The notes under the pieces were generated by a model, which saw nothing but the letters and a program-made list of their open reading frames with translations, was not told where the DNA came from and did no database searches. DNA of 64,000 nucleotides, taken from an uncultured Verrucomicrobiae bacterium. Its GTDB lineage: Bacteria; Verrucomicrobiota; Verrucomicrobiia; Chthoniobacterales; UBA10450. The stretch is from the NCBI GenBank assembly GCA_963834385.1, contig CAWIBO010000002.1, forward strand, positions 288,001 to 352,000, in the 5' to 3' direction. Positions 21,702 through 31,686 of this stretch are shown one piece after another (positions within the stretch are counted from its first letter, which is position 1; each line of letters opens with the position of its first letter). The position numbers and the translations under genes were made by a program.

Positions 21702-23524
21702 GGCACGCCACCCGGCGCCGCCGAGCCTTCGCCGGGAGTTGCCTTCGGCAGACGCGCGGCGGCGTCCTCGAGCAGCCGTTTTTCCTCCGGATACAAGGTG
21801 CCGGAGCGGGCAGTGGCAAGGTGAAGGCGCGCTTCCTCGAAACGATTGTCATCGATCAGGATGATGGCGCTGTAGGCGGCGTTGCTCGCATCTTCCAGGG
21901 CGGAGGGAGGAAGTTCGCGGAGCACGGTGGCGGCCTCGGCGGTGCGGCCGAGGCCGTAGAGGGAAAACGCGTAGGTGACAATGGCATGCGAATCGTCCGG
22001 AGCCATCTCGTAGGCCTGCCGCGCCGCGCGGTGGCCATTGACGGGATTGTGTTCGAGGAGAAGCGCGAACCGCGCGTAAGCCGAGGCGATGGCGGCATCG
22101 TGCGGGGCGGCCTCGTGCAGGCGCTGGGTAATGCGATAGAGATTCGGGAGGTCGCCGCGCACCGTATACATCTGGTGGAGGGCCTGGAGAGCCTCGCGGC
22201 GGTAGGAGGGATGGCGCGACACGCGCAGCCAAAGCTGTTCCGCCTCGGTGCCGAGTTCGCGCGACGTCGCCAGCCGGGCGAGCCGGGCTTCGCGATCCGG
22301 CTCGGCCGCCGCGGCGTTTTCCGCCGCCTGCCAAAGCGCGTCGAACTCGGCATCACCGCCGGCGACCCGGCTTTGGCGCGCGGCCAGGCCCTGGTAGGCG
22401 AGGCGAAGGTATTCCGCTTCGCCCCAGGCGCCGCTCCGGGTCCAGCGGCGGAGCCGCGACCAATTCTTGAGCTGGGCGAAGGCCTCGGCCACGGCGATCG
22501 AGGCGGGCGGAAGGTTGGTCAGGTCGGGATCGAGTTGTTCCATCCATGCGATCACGTCCCCGGCCAGTTTCTGTTCGTTCATCCATTCCATGAGGAGGGC
22601 GAGGTCGCCCGGGGTGCGGCTGGCGAACTCCTTCACCTTGGCCATCAGTTCGCGGCCCTTGGCCGGGTCGAGCCGGCGATAGAAATCGAGGCAGAGCAAA
22701 TAGTCGGCAAAGGTGACCTGCGGGCTGAGCTGCAGGTCGTGCGCGAGTTTCTCCGCGCCCGCCATGTCCTCCCGCCGGATGGCGTCGCCAAGGAGGGCGC
22801 GCAGGGCGCCGGTGCGGAATGCGATGGTGCGGCTCAAGCGCTCGAGGGTGGCGCGGGCCTCGTTTCGGCGCGCTTCCTCGGGCGAGGCAATCTCGATCAC
22901 GGCAAGGTTGAACTGATAGACGTCGTTTTGCGGATCCTGTTGCACCGCGGCGGCAAAGTGGCGGAGCTGTCCGGCCTCGTCGCCCTGGGCCCGGGCCAGC
23001 CATCCCGCGACGACGTGATAGGGCGCCTTGTCCTGATCGACCGGCGGCACCTGGTCGAGCGCGCGCCGGGCGGTGTCAAGCTGCCCGAAACGGAGCGCGG
23101 CGGAGGCGAGATTAAGCTGGCTGTCGAGGTTCTCCGGGAGGAGACGGGCGATCTGGGCCCGCCAGGCCACGGTCTCGGACTGGTTCTGTTTTTCCGTGGC
23201 CTCGGCGAGGATCTGGAAGGCGTCGAGCGATTTGGGGCGAAGGCGGAGGGCCTCGTTGGCCATCACGGTGGCCTCGCGAAAGTCGCCCTGCTCGAGCATG
23301 ATCGAGGCTCGCTGCAGCAGGCGCGTCTCCTTCCAGCCATAGTAAAAGCGGGGCAGGTAAACCAGGAGCGCGACCGCGAGGAAGAGCGAACCGAGGATGG
23401 CGCCGGCGGCGAGATGGAACTGCCGGGACTTGAGCACGCCCCAGCCCGGAAAACGCCGGACGCGTTTGCGCCGGAGCTTCTTCACGCGGCGCCGGCCCGG
23501 GAGGTGATCAGGGGGTTCGTGCAT
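21698..23524 (-). CDS. TPR-like membrane-anchored protein
   Basis: N-terminal TM followed by Ala/Leu-rich helical repeats. Confidence 0.7.
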   Translation of the reverse strand: MHEPPDHLPGRRRVKKLRRKRVRRFPGWGVLKSRQFHLAAGAILGSLFLAVALLVYLPRFYYGWKETRLLQRASIMLEQGDFREATVMANEALRLRPKSLDAFQILAEATEKQNQSETVAWRAQIARLLPENLDSQLNLASAALRFGQLDTARRALDQVPPVDQDKAPYHVVAGWLARAQGDEAGQLRHFAAAVQQDPQNDVYQFNLAVIEIASPEEARRNEARATLERLSRTIAFRTGALRALLGDAIRREDMAGAEKLAHDLQLSPQVTFADYLLCLDFYRRLDPAKGRELMAKVKEFASRTPGDLALLMEWMNEQKLAGDVIAWMEQLDPDLTNLPPASIAVAEAFAQLKNWSRLRRWTRSGAWGEAEYLRLAYQGLAARQSRVAGGDAEFDALWQAAENAAAAEPDREARLARLATSRELGTEAEQLWLRVSRHPSYRREALQALHQMYTVRGDLPNLYRITQRLHEAAPHDAAIASAYARFALLLEHNPVNGHRAARQAYEMAPDDSHAIVTYAFSLYGLGRTAEAATVLRELPPSALEDASNAAYSAIILIDDNRFEEARLHLATARSGTLYPEEKRLLEDAAARLPKATPGEGSAAPGGVP

Positions 23525-23564
23525 GCGCGGGCGAGAATATCAAAGAAAGAGGGGCGAAGCGACC

Positions 23565-24884
23565 TCAGGCAGGCACGCGCGCGGGCGGGTGGGGGAGAGA
23601 GGGCGTTCCCGGGTCACGCCAGACATAGCGCGAGAGCAGGACTTTGATGGTGGCGGTGAGCGGCACGGCCAGGATCGGCCCGAGCAGCCCGCCGATGAGC
23701 AAGCCCCAGACAAAAATGGAAATGATCACCGTCATCGGATGAAGACCGACCGAACTGCCCACGATGCGAGGGGCAAGGAAAAGCCCCTCCAGATTCTGGA
23801 TGAGGATGAAGAGAAGCGTGACCGCGGCCGGATGCCACCAGTCGCCCCAATGCGCGGCGGCGATCAGGACCGCGGGAATCCAGCAGATGACGATGCCGAT
23901 GTAGGGGATCATGGTGAGGACCACGACCAGCAGGCCGATGAGCGGTGCAAAAGGAAGCCCGAAAAAGTAGAGCGCGGTCCCGATCAAAAGGCCGTCGATC
24001 AGGCAAACCAGGAGTTGACCGCGAAAATAGGCGATGACGTAACGGTTGATCTGGGCGAGGACCGCGGCCACCTCGTCCTTGAGCGGGGAATCGCGCAGGG
24101 GCAGGTAATCTTTCCAGCGCTGCTGAATGGCGGGCCGGCCGCTGAGGAGGAAAAACAGGTAGATCGGCACCATGATGAGGCTGAAGAGAAAGCCGGTGAC
24201 GCCGAGGAATCCGCCGATGCTCTGTTTGGTTATCTCCCAGAGACGCGCGCTGAGGGCGGGCAACTGGCGCTGCAGGTTCGGGAGTTGTTTCGTGACCCAT
24301 TCCTGGATGCGCTGGCGTTCCGCCTGGGTGTAGCGGGGAGGCGCCGGGGCCACTTCCTCCCGCGGTGGTGTCGGTGAGGCCGCCGGAGAAGGAGTGGGTG
24401 TGGGCGAACCCAGAAGCCAGTTCACCACGCCCGCGCTGCCGGTCTGTCCTCTCCCCTTGGTCGTGCCGCTACCGGCGGCGGCGCCGAAATTCCTGTCGTA
24501 GCGATAGATCAAATCAACCACGGCGTCGCGGGCCTTGATGGTGTAGCCCGGCAATTCACGGGCGGCACTGGCCGCCTGGAGGGAAACAAGCGGAACGAGC
24601 CAGGCCAGGAGCGCGGCCAGGGCCGCGAAAATGACGGCGAAAAGGAGCGCGACCGCGCGCGTTCGGGGAATGCCCCCGCGGACCATGCGCGTGACCAGCG
24701 GGTCCAGCAGATAGGTGAGAATGACCGCGATCGCCACCGGGATCAGGATTGGCTGCAGGTAACCCATCAGCTCAATGGCGAGATAAAGAACCGACCCGAT
24801 GACCGCGACCAAAACGACCAGGAAGATCGCGGTCAGCGCCCTCCACATGGTGCGCCGCTGCCACTCGGTGGGGTATGTTTTCAT
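23565..24884 (-). CDS. AI-2E family transporter
   Basis: YLLDP, YFRGQ, IPYIG, PRIVG..VGLHP, LAVPLTA. Confidence 0.9.
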   Translation of the reverse strand: MKTYPTEWQRRTMWRALTAIFLVVLVAVIGSVLYLAIELMGYLQPILIPVAIAVILTYLLDPLVTRMVRGGIPRTRAVALLFAVIFAALAALLAWLVPLVSLQAASAARELPGYTIKARDAVVDLIYRYDRNFGAAAGSGTTKGRGQTGSAGVVNWLLGSPTPTPSPAASPTPPREEVAPAPPRYTQAERQRIQEWVTKQLPNLQRQLPALSARLWEITKQSIGGFLGVTGFLFSLIMVPIYLFFLLSGRPAIQQRWKDYLPLRDSPLKDEVAAVLAQINRYVIAYFRGQLLVCLIDGLLIGTALYFFGLPFAPLIGLLVVVLTMIPYIGIVICWIPAVLIAAAHWGDWWHPAAVTLLFILIQNLEGLFLAPRIVGSSVGLHPMTVIISIFVWGLLIGGLLGPILAVPLTATIKVLLSRYVWRDPGTPSLPHPPARVPA

Positions 24885-26686
24885 CGGCGGGACCCAGCCG
24901 GGGTGGCGCCCTGGCTTACTTTGGTCTTCAAGCTCTCGATTTTTTCGGCAATTTCCTGCGCCGCCGGATCAAGCAGAGCGGCCCGCTGATAGAACTCGAG
25001 CGCCTTGGCGGTGTCGTTCAGCTTCGCGTAGACGTCGCCGATGTGCTCGAACACCGTGGGATCGTCCCGGGTCAGGCGTTGCACGGCCTTGAGGAGAAAC
25101 TCGAGAGCCTCCTGGAATTGGCCCTGGCGAAAACGGACCCAGCCCATGCTGTCGAGATAGGCGCCGTTATCCGGGTCAAAGGCAAGGGCGCGGCGGACCA
25201 TATCCTCCGCTTCCTCGAGGTGCATGTTCTGTTCGGCCAGCATGTAGCCGAGATAATTGCAGGCCTCCGCCGAGTTCGGCGGGTCCATGGAAATGGCGGT
25301 GCGAAAAAGATCGGCCGCCTTGTCGTAAAATCCCGCCTGCTCCGCGGCGGTGCCATAGTCGAAATAAAAGCGGGCCGAGGCGATGGAAGCGCCCGCGGCC
25401 TCGGCTTCGGCGAGGGCCTCGCCAAACCTGGCCACGGCTTCCTTGCTCTGTTTGGCTTCGCGCAGGGCAATGGCGAGGTAATAGGTCATCTCCGGCGCAC
25501 CGGGAAAACGCGCGCGCGCCTCCTGCAGGATCCTGACCGCGCGCTCGTTGTCACGGGTCCGCGCCAGGAGCAGCTCCGCGAGGCGGAGATAGATGGAAGG
25601 GCGACCGGGGTTGATCAGGAGAGCCTGCTCGTAGCTTTGGGCCGCTTTGGTGAACATGGAGCGCGCCTCCGCCTCCTGGCTCTGCCGGTCGAGCGCCCGG
25701 CCTTCATCCTCATAGACGCCGCCAAGCAGTTCATAAGCCTGGGCGCGTGCGGGATCTTTGGCGATCAACTCCTCCAGCATGGCAATGGCCTGGGGCCGTT
25801 GGTTGGTCAGGACGAACCCGGTCGCCAGCTTTTCGCGCGCGTTGATGTCGTCCGGCTGCAATTCCAGCACGCGGAGGTAAAGCGGGATGGCCTCGGCGAG
25901 CTGGCGCGAGGCGGCAAAATAATCGGCCACCTCCTTCAGGATGCCGACGGTGGCGCGTTCGGAGGCGGCGGCGCGGCGGAAGATGGCATTGATCCGCTGC
26001 AGATCTTCCGGCGCCATGGCCGCGTCATCCTTGAGAAGAACCGCGGCGTAAAGCTTGCCGAGGCGGACCCAGAAGGCGGGATCGTCATTTTTGAGCGCGG
26101 CCGCGCGGGCCAGGGCGGCCAGTCCCCGTTCCTGGCGGCCGGCCGCGGCCTCAACTTCATAAAGGCGCTGGTGCGCCTCGATGTTTGCGGGGTCGAGCTC
26201 GACCGCTTTCTCGGCGTAGCGCGCGGCCTGCTCGTGCTTGCGCAGATGGCGGGAGTAAATCTGGGCCAGTTGCAAGTAGGGCTCGGCCGCGTTCGGCCGT
26301 TCTTTCAGCGCGTCCTTCAGGACATCGATGGCGCGCGGATAATCCTCCTGCCGCACGAGCAGGGAGGCGACATGGAGGGCCAGCTCGAGCTCGCCCGGGT
26401 TGACCGTGAGCACCTTTTGGTAGGCCTGCAGGGCGCGATCGATCTCGCCCGCTTCCTCCAGGCGCTGGCCTTCAACGAAACGGACCAGGGCGCCGGCCTT
26501 GCGTTCGCCGGCCGGTTGCAGGGCGAGGTCGGCCGGCGGCTGCGCCGGGGAGGAGTCGCTCACCGAGGGAGTGCCGCGCACGCGGGGAGCCGCGGGCGCC
26601 GCCACGAGGAGGGAGCCGAGGAGAAGAAACAGGAGGACAAGAGCGACCGGCCCGACTCGAACGCGCCCGTGCCAGTGTCTTGTCAT
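24881..26686 (-). CDS. Exported tetratricopeptide repeat protein
   Basis: NYLGY, YLDSMGW, EHIGDVY TPR signatures; start uncertain. Confidence 0.85.
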   Translation of the reverse strand: MTRHWHGRVRVGPVALVLLFLLLGSLLVAAPAAPRVRGTPSVSDSSPAQPPADLALQPAGERKAGALVRFVEGQRLEEAGEIDRALQAYQKVLTVNPGELELALHVASLLVRQEDYPRAIDVLKDALKERPNAAEPYLQLAQIYSRHLRKHEQAARYAEKAVELDPANIEAHQRLYEVEAAAGRQERGLAALARAAALKNDDPAFWVRLGKLYAAVLLKDDAAMAPEDLQRINAIFRRAAASERATVGILKEVADYFAASRQLAEAIPLYLRVLELQPDDINAREKLATGFVLTNQRPQAIAMLEELIAKDPARAQAYELLGGVYEDEGRALDRQSQEAEARSMFTKAAQSYEQALLINPGRPSIYLRLAELLLARTRDNERAVRILQEARARFPGAPEMTYYLAIALREAKQSKEAVARFGEALAEAEAAGASIASARFYFDYGTAAEQAGFYDKAADLFRTAISMDPPNSAEACNYLGYMLAEQNMHLEEAEDMVRRALAFDPDNGAYLDSMGWVRFRQGQFQEALEFLLKAVQRLTRDDPTVFEHIGDVYAKLNDTAKALEFYQRAALLDPAAQEIAEKIESLKTKVSQGATPAGSRR

Positions 26687-26759
26687 CGTCACGCAGTCTA
26701 ACGTGAGGATAAGAGCACGCAAACCCGCGGGGCGCGCAAGGCGCCTCCCGCCCGGGCGG

Positions 26760-26864
26760 TTACGACTTGTAGCGCAGGCGCTTCTTGTGGCGATTCTCCT
26801 TCATGCGCTTGCGGCGCTTATGCTTGGAGATTTTCGCCTTGCGGCGCTTTTTCAGGGAACCCAT
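26760..26864 (-). CDS. AURKAIP1/COX24-domain small basic protein (bS22-like ribosomal protein)
   Basis: Translated by hand: MGSLKKRRKAKISKHKRRKRMKENRHKKRLRYKS, 34 aa; below the ORF-track cutoff. Confidence 0.85.
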   Translation of the reverse strand: MGSLKKRRKAKISKHKRRKRMKENRHKKRLRYKS

Positions 26865-26940
26865 GTCGTAATTTCAGCTTCCGGATTTGTCGGAGGCCAA
26901 TGCAAGCACCGGTTGGGGATGGGCGCAACTGCCTTCTTCG

Positions 26941-27425
26941 TCAGACGCCAAGTTTGTTCAGCTCCTCGCGCACCAGGGGAACATGCTCCTCCGGTTTCAC
27001 TCGGCGGTGGACCGCGGCGATCCGGCCCTCCTGATCGATGACAAAAGTGCTCCGCTCCGTGCCCATGTATTTCTTGCCATACATGCTCTTTTCCACCCAG
27101 ACGCCGTAAGCCTCCACCATCCGGTGGTCGTCATCGCACAAAAGCGGGAAAGGCAGGTTGTGCCCCTTGATGAACTTTTCGTGGCTCGCGGCGGGATCAA
27201 CGCTGACGCCGAAAAGGGCGGCACGCCCGGAGAAATCCGGCCAGGCATCCCGCAGGGCGCAGGCCTGGGTGGTGCATCCCGGCGTGTCGTCTTTTGGATA
27301 AAAATAAAGAACGACCGGTTGTCCGCGCAGGTCTGTCAGGGAGACCGTCTGCCCCGTCCCATGAGAGCCCCCGACAGCGGTGGCGGTGAAATCCGGGGCC
27401 GGATCGCCCGGCGCGAGATGGTTGC

Positions 27426-27429
<4 letters not shown>
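26941..27429 (-). CDS. bcp: Peroxiredoxin Bcp/PrxQ
   Basis: YFYPKDDTPGCTTQAC, ERSTFVID. Confidence 0.93.
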
Positions 27430-28190
<761 letters not shown>

Positions 28191-28262
28191 GCTCAGGCCG
28201 GCCGCAAGGTCGAGGCAGTGCCGCAAAACGCGGGGCAGAGCAAGGCGAAAGGGGGAGAAATA

Positions 28263-28336
28263 TCGGGCTGGTGGGATTTGAACCCACGGCCTCCTCGTCC
28301 CGAACGAGGCGCTCTACCAAGCTGAGCCACAGCCCG
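28263..28336 (-). tRNA. tRNA-Pro(CGG), CCA not encoded
   Basis: Cloverleaf; anticodon arm CCTCG-TTCGGGA-CGAGG; T-loop GGTTCAAATCC. Confidence 0.95.
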
Positions 28337-28427
28337 AACTGATCACTGCTCTACCACGTTTCCTGGTGAAAGTCCCATCCCGAAGCGCGGGCGGGAAATT
28401 GAGCAGGCTTGCCGGGAGTAGCAAGAC

Positions 28428-30281
28428 CTAAATCCGGCGCCCGATGCGGCGGGGGCGGAGACGGAAACGGGCGTGAAATAGCGCCAGCAGGAGAAGACCG
28501 GCGGTCGCCCATGCTCCGTTGATCTCCGGCACGACGCTCATGGGGACGACCTCGTAATAGCCGCCGGCGAGCGAGAACTCCATGGCGCCGTAATAGCCGT
28601 TGAACTGGAAACGATTGAGGTTGAGGGACTGGCCGGAGCCAAAGATCAGGCGATCGGTGCTGCCGGAACCGGGCTGGCCGGGCGTGCCGCTCCAGTTATC
28701 GACCAGGAGAATGTGCATGGCGGGATCGAAGCCGGCGAAGGAAAGCACGCCGGTGGTGCCGGTGCCGAAATCGAGAACGGAATCGGCGCCGGCCAGGCTA
28801 AGGGTGCCCATGCCGGCGGCGGCGGCAGAGCCCTCGGAGAAGTTGCCTTTGCGGAACCTTCCCCCCTGCAGGATGACGGAGGCACTGTCCCCGATCTCGT
28901 CGCTTGCGCCGAGGGCGAGCACGGCGCCGGCTTGGACCGTGACGCTGCTGACGTTCCCGAGCGAGCTGCCAGAAGCGCTGGCCGCGATGAGCGTGCCCTC
29001 CGCAATGGTGACGGCCCCGCTGAAGGTGTTATGGCCGGTGACGGTGAGCACGCCGTTCCCCGTTTTGGTGAAGCCATGGGCGCCCCCAATCACGCCCGAA
29101 AAGGTGGTGGTGCCCGTATTCGTGATGTTGAACAAATGAGTTCCGCCGAGGGAAACCGCGCCGCTGAAGGCCAGGTCCCGCGCGCCGGAGATCTGGAAGT
29201 TGCCCCCGATGGACAGGGGTCGGGCCACGGTCAGGGCGCCGGGGCCGGCATTATGGAGGTCGCCGCCGTTTAATGCCACCGTGCCGGCATCGCCGAGGGA
29301 GGTGGCGGTGCCGATCCCGACCCGGCCGTCGTTGAGCGTAAAGCCGGTGAAGCTGTTGGCACCGAGGAGAAACAGTTCGCCGGCGCCGGTTTTGGTCAGG
29401 CCAAAGGTGCCGGGTCCATCGGTAATGGAGCCGGAAAAGGTGGTCGAGGCGGCGTTGCTGATGGTGAGAACGCGGCTGGCCCCGGACAGGGTGGTGGTGC
29501 CGGAAAAGTTGATGGCGTTGCTCCCGTCGATTTCCATGTCGGCGGCGAGGCTGACGGCGTTGGCGATGTTGCGCGCGCCGCCCACGGCCCGGAGAATGCC
29601 GCCGGCAAGGGTGAGCGCGCCCTCACCCAGAGCGGCATCGTTCCCGAGCTCAAGAACGCCGGCGTTGAGGGTGAGACCATCCGTGAAAGTGTTCGTGCCG
29701 GAAAGCAGGAGCCGGCCGGAGTCTGTTTTCACGAGGTTTCCGTCGCCGCTCAGGACGCCATTCATGGTGATGTTCCCGGTGCCGCTGACGGTGAGGGTTT
29801 TATTGTTCATGTCCACATTTCCGATAGTGACGAGGCTGCCGGAGTTGTTCATCCAGGTCTGGCTGCCACCGAGCTTGAGGAGGGTGGAAATGGTGAGGGT
29901 GAAAGGACTGGTGTGGTCGACCAGCAGGCCAATGTCGGCCTGGCCGTTAACGGTGTTGCCTGAAAGCTGGAGACGACCGGCCCCGGTGATGCTGAACGAC
30001 TGGGCCAGGCCTCCTGTGACCCAGATGGCCCCGGCGCTGATGTTGCCTGACACGTCGGGCTGGTTCGCAAAGGCGCGGTCGAAAACGGCGGTATCGCCGG
30101 CGGAAGGGGAATTGCCGATCCAGTTGCCGTTGGTGTTCCAGGAGTTGCTCAAAGCCCCGGTCCAATAGCGATCGGCTGCCTGGAGAGAGGCCGCGGTGAA
30201 AAGGAATAGCGGCAGGAGCCGGAGCGTGCGGAAGCAGACCCCGGCCAACATTCGAGGGGGGAGGCGTCGAATGAGAGCCAT
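28428..30281 (-). CDS. Autotransporter-associated beta-strand repeat protein with PEP-CTERM-like sorting signal
   Basis: Repeats LVKTDSGRLLLSGTNTF, LTKTGAGELFLLGANSF, FTKTGNGVLTVTGHNTF; C-terminal VVPE, TM helix, Arg-rich tail; no beta-barrel. Confidence 0.88.
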   Translation of the reverse strand: MALIRRLPPRMLAGVCFRTLRLLPLFLFTAASLQAADRYWTGALSNSWNTNGNWIGNSPSAGDTAVFDRAFANQPDVSGNISAGAIWVTGGLAQSFSITGAGRLQLSGNTVNGQADIGLLVDHTSPFTLTISTLLKLGGSQTWMNNSGSLVTIGNVDMNNKTLTVSGTGNITMNGVLSGDGNLVKTDSGRLLLSGTNTFTDGLTLNAGVLELGNDAALGEGALTLAGGILRAVGGARNIANAVSLAADMEIDGSNAINFSGTTTLSGASRVLTISNAASTTFSGSITDGPGTFGLTKTGAGELFLLGANSFTGFTLNDGRVGIGTATSLGDAGTVALNGGDLHNAGPGALTVARPLSIGGNFQISGARDLAFSGAVSLGGTHLFNITNTGTTTFSGVIGGAHGFTKTGNGVLTVTGHNTFSGAVTIAEGTLIAASASGSSLGNVSSVTVQAGAVLALGASDEIGDSASVILQGGRFRKGNFSEGSAAAAGMGTLSLAGADSVLDFGTGTTGVLSFAGFDPAMHILLVDNWSGTPGQPGSGSTDRLIFGSGQSLNLNRFQFNGYYGAMEFSLAGGYYEVVPMSVVPEINGAWATAGLLLLALFHARFRLRPRRIGRRI

Positions 30282-30562
30282 AGGGGAAGAGCTATAGCGG
30301 GGGGCATGCCTCGCCGAAGTTTTTACGTGGTTATCCGCCTTGTGTTGTGAATGTTACGACCAACCAGTAAGAGAAAAAAAGAGGCTGTCCATGTGTCTTA
30401 TATTGTATAAACAACTGACATTGAGTGACTTATAAAAGAGGGTTCGGGAAGGAAGTCTCATATGTGAGAAAATAGAAGATTTTTCTCACCCGAAGGACGG
30501 GCGTTCTCTCGTATGAGAACTGCGGGTATAAATTATGCTTACAATTATGGTAATTATACGGC
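30282..30562. promoter_or_regulatory. AT-rich divergent control region with TCTCA/TGAGA inverted repeats
   Basis: TCTCA-TATG-TGAGA 30456-30469; TGAGAAAA-N8-TTTTCTCA 30465-30488; TTCTC-N6-GAGAA near 30504; AATTAT x3. Confidence 0.55.
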
Positions 30563-31057
30563 ATGCGACTTCGCTCTTCTCAATCCCAAGACGCTCTCAC
30601 CTTCCCCGAGGTGCTCACCACGGTCGTTCTCCTCAGCGTCTTCTTCGCCGCCATTTTCGAGATCAACGCCGTCTGTCTCCGCTATATCAGCGCCTCCAAG
30701 GAAAACGTCGCCGCCCTGCAGCTCGCCCAGGACCGCACGGAAGTCCTCCGTAACCTCGCCTTTCGCGACCTGACCGACCCCGCCTTCCTGCAAGGACTCA
30801 TGGCCGCGCCGGCCAACGCCTCCGATCTCGGCACGCGCACCACGGAAACGATCCGTCTCTCCGCCTATCCCACTCCCAACGGCGTGACCAAGCTCACCCG
30901 CCAGGTCAACGGGACGGTCACGCTCGACAGCACCGCCACCACGCTCGGGACCACCCTGGTCCAGGTCGAGGTGACCACCAACTGGACCACCACTTTCGGG
31001 CAACGTGCCCGTTCGGAACAAATCACCACCCTCATCTCAAACGGAACCAAAAAGTAA
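30563..31057 (+). CDS. Prepilin-like protein (PilV/PulI-like)
   Basis: Class III-like signal DA|LTFPEVLTTVVLL with Glu at +5. Confidence 0.7.
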   Translation: MRLRSSQSQDALTFPEVLTTVVLLSVFFAAIFEINAVCLRYISASKENVAALQLAQDRTEVLRNLAFRDLTDPAFLQGLMAAPANASDLGTRTTETIRLSAYPTPNGVTKLTRQVNGTVTLDSTATTLGTTLVQVEVTTNWTTTFGQRARSEQITTLISNGTKK

Positions 31058-31681
31058 TGAAACTGAACCTCTCATCCCGCGGCGGCTTCACCCTCAGCGA
31101 GACCATGGTCTCGCTCTCACTCAGCTCGGTCATCTTCGCGGCCACTCTTACGGCCATGATCTCGCTGCAAAAGAGTTTCTCGGCGGTGGACGCCTATTTC
31201 TCCACCCACATGCAGCAGATCCGCATCATGGATTACCTGAGCCGGGACGTGAAACGGGGCGTGGCCGTCACCACCTCCGTTGACCTGCAAACGGTCACGA
31301 TCTCCACCTTCAGCTACCTGATCGAGGCCGGCGATCCTGAGGCAATCGCCGATCCCTCAAAGATCGGCACGCCGCGGACACCCACGATCACGCGTGTGGC
31401 CGGCGGGCCGCAGGTCAACTACGGGGCAGCGATGAAGTCGGTGGTCTATTCGATCTCCGGGCAGGCCATCCTGCGGAGCGAAAACGGGCAGGTCACCACC
31501 ATCGCCTCCAGTACAGGATCAACTGGTGCCGCAGACCACCGACGTGGAACTGGCCAACACCGAGTACGCGAAAACCACTGTGACCTTCCGCCCGATCTTT
31601 GCCTCCGGCGGCCGGGAAGCGGCCCGGACCGGCACCACGGTTTTCGCCACCTCCTACCTGCGTAACAAACGCCGCGCCTGA
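31057..31681 (+). CDS. Prepilin-type protein (PilW/PulJ-like) with apparent +1 frameshift near 31515
   Basis: GG|FTLSETMV; shifted frame reads DQLVPQTTDVELANTEY...SYLRNKRRA and stops at 31681, 5 bp before the next ATG. Confidence 0.78.
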
Positions 31682-31686
31682 TCCTG

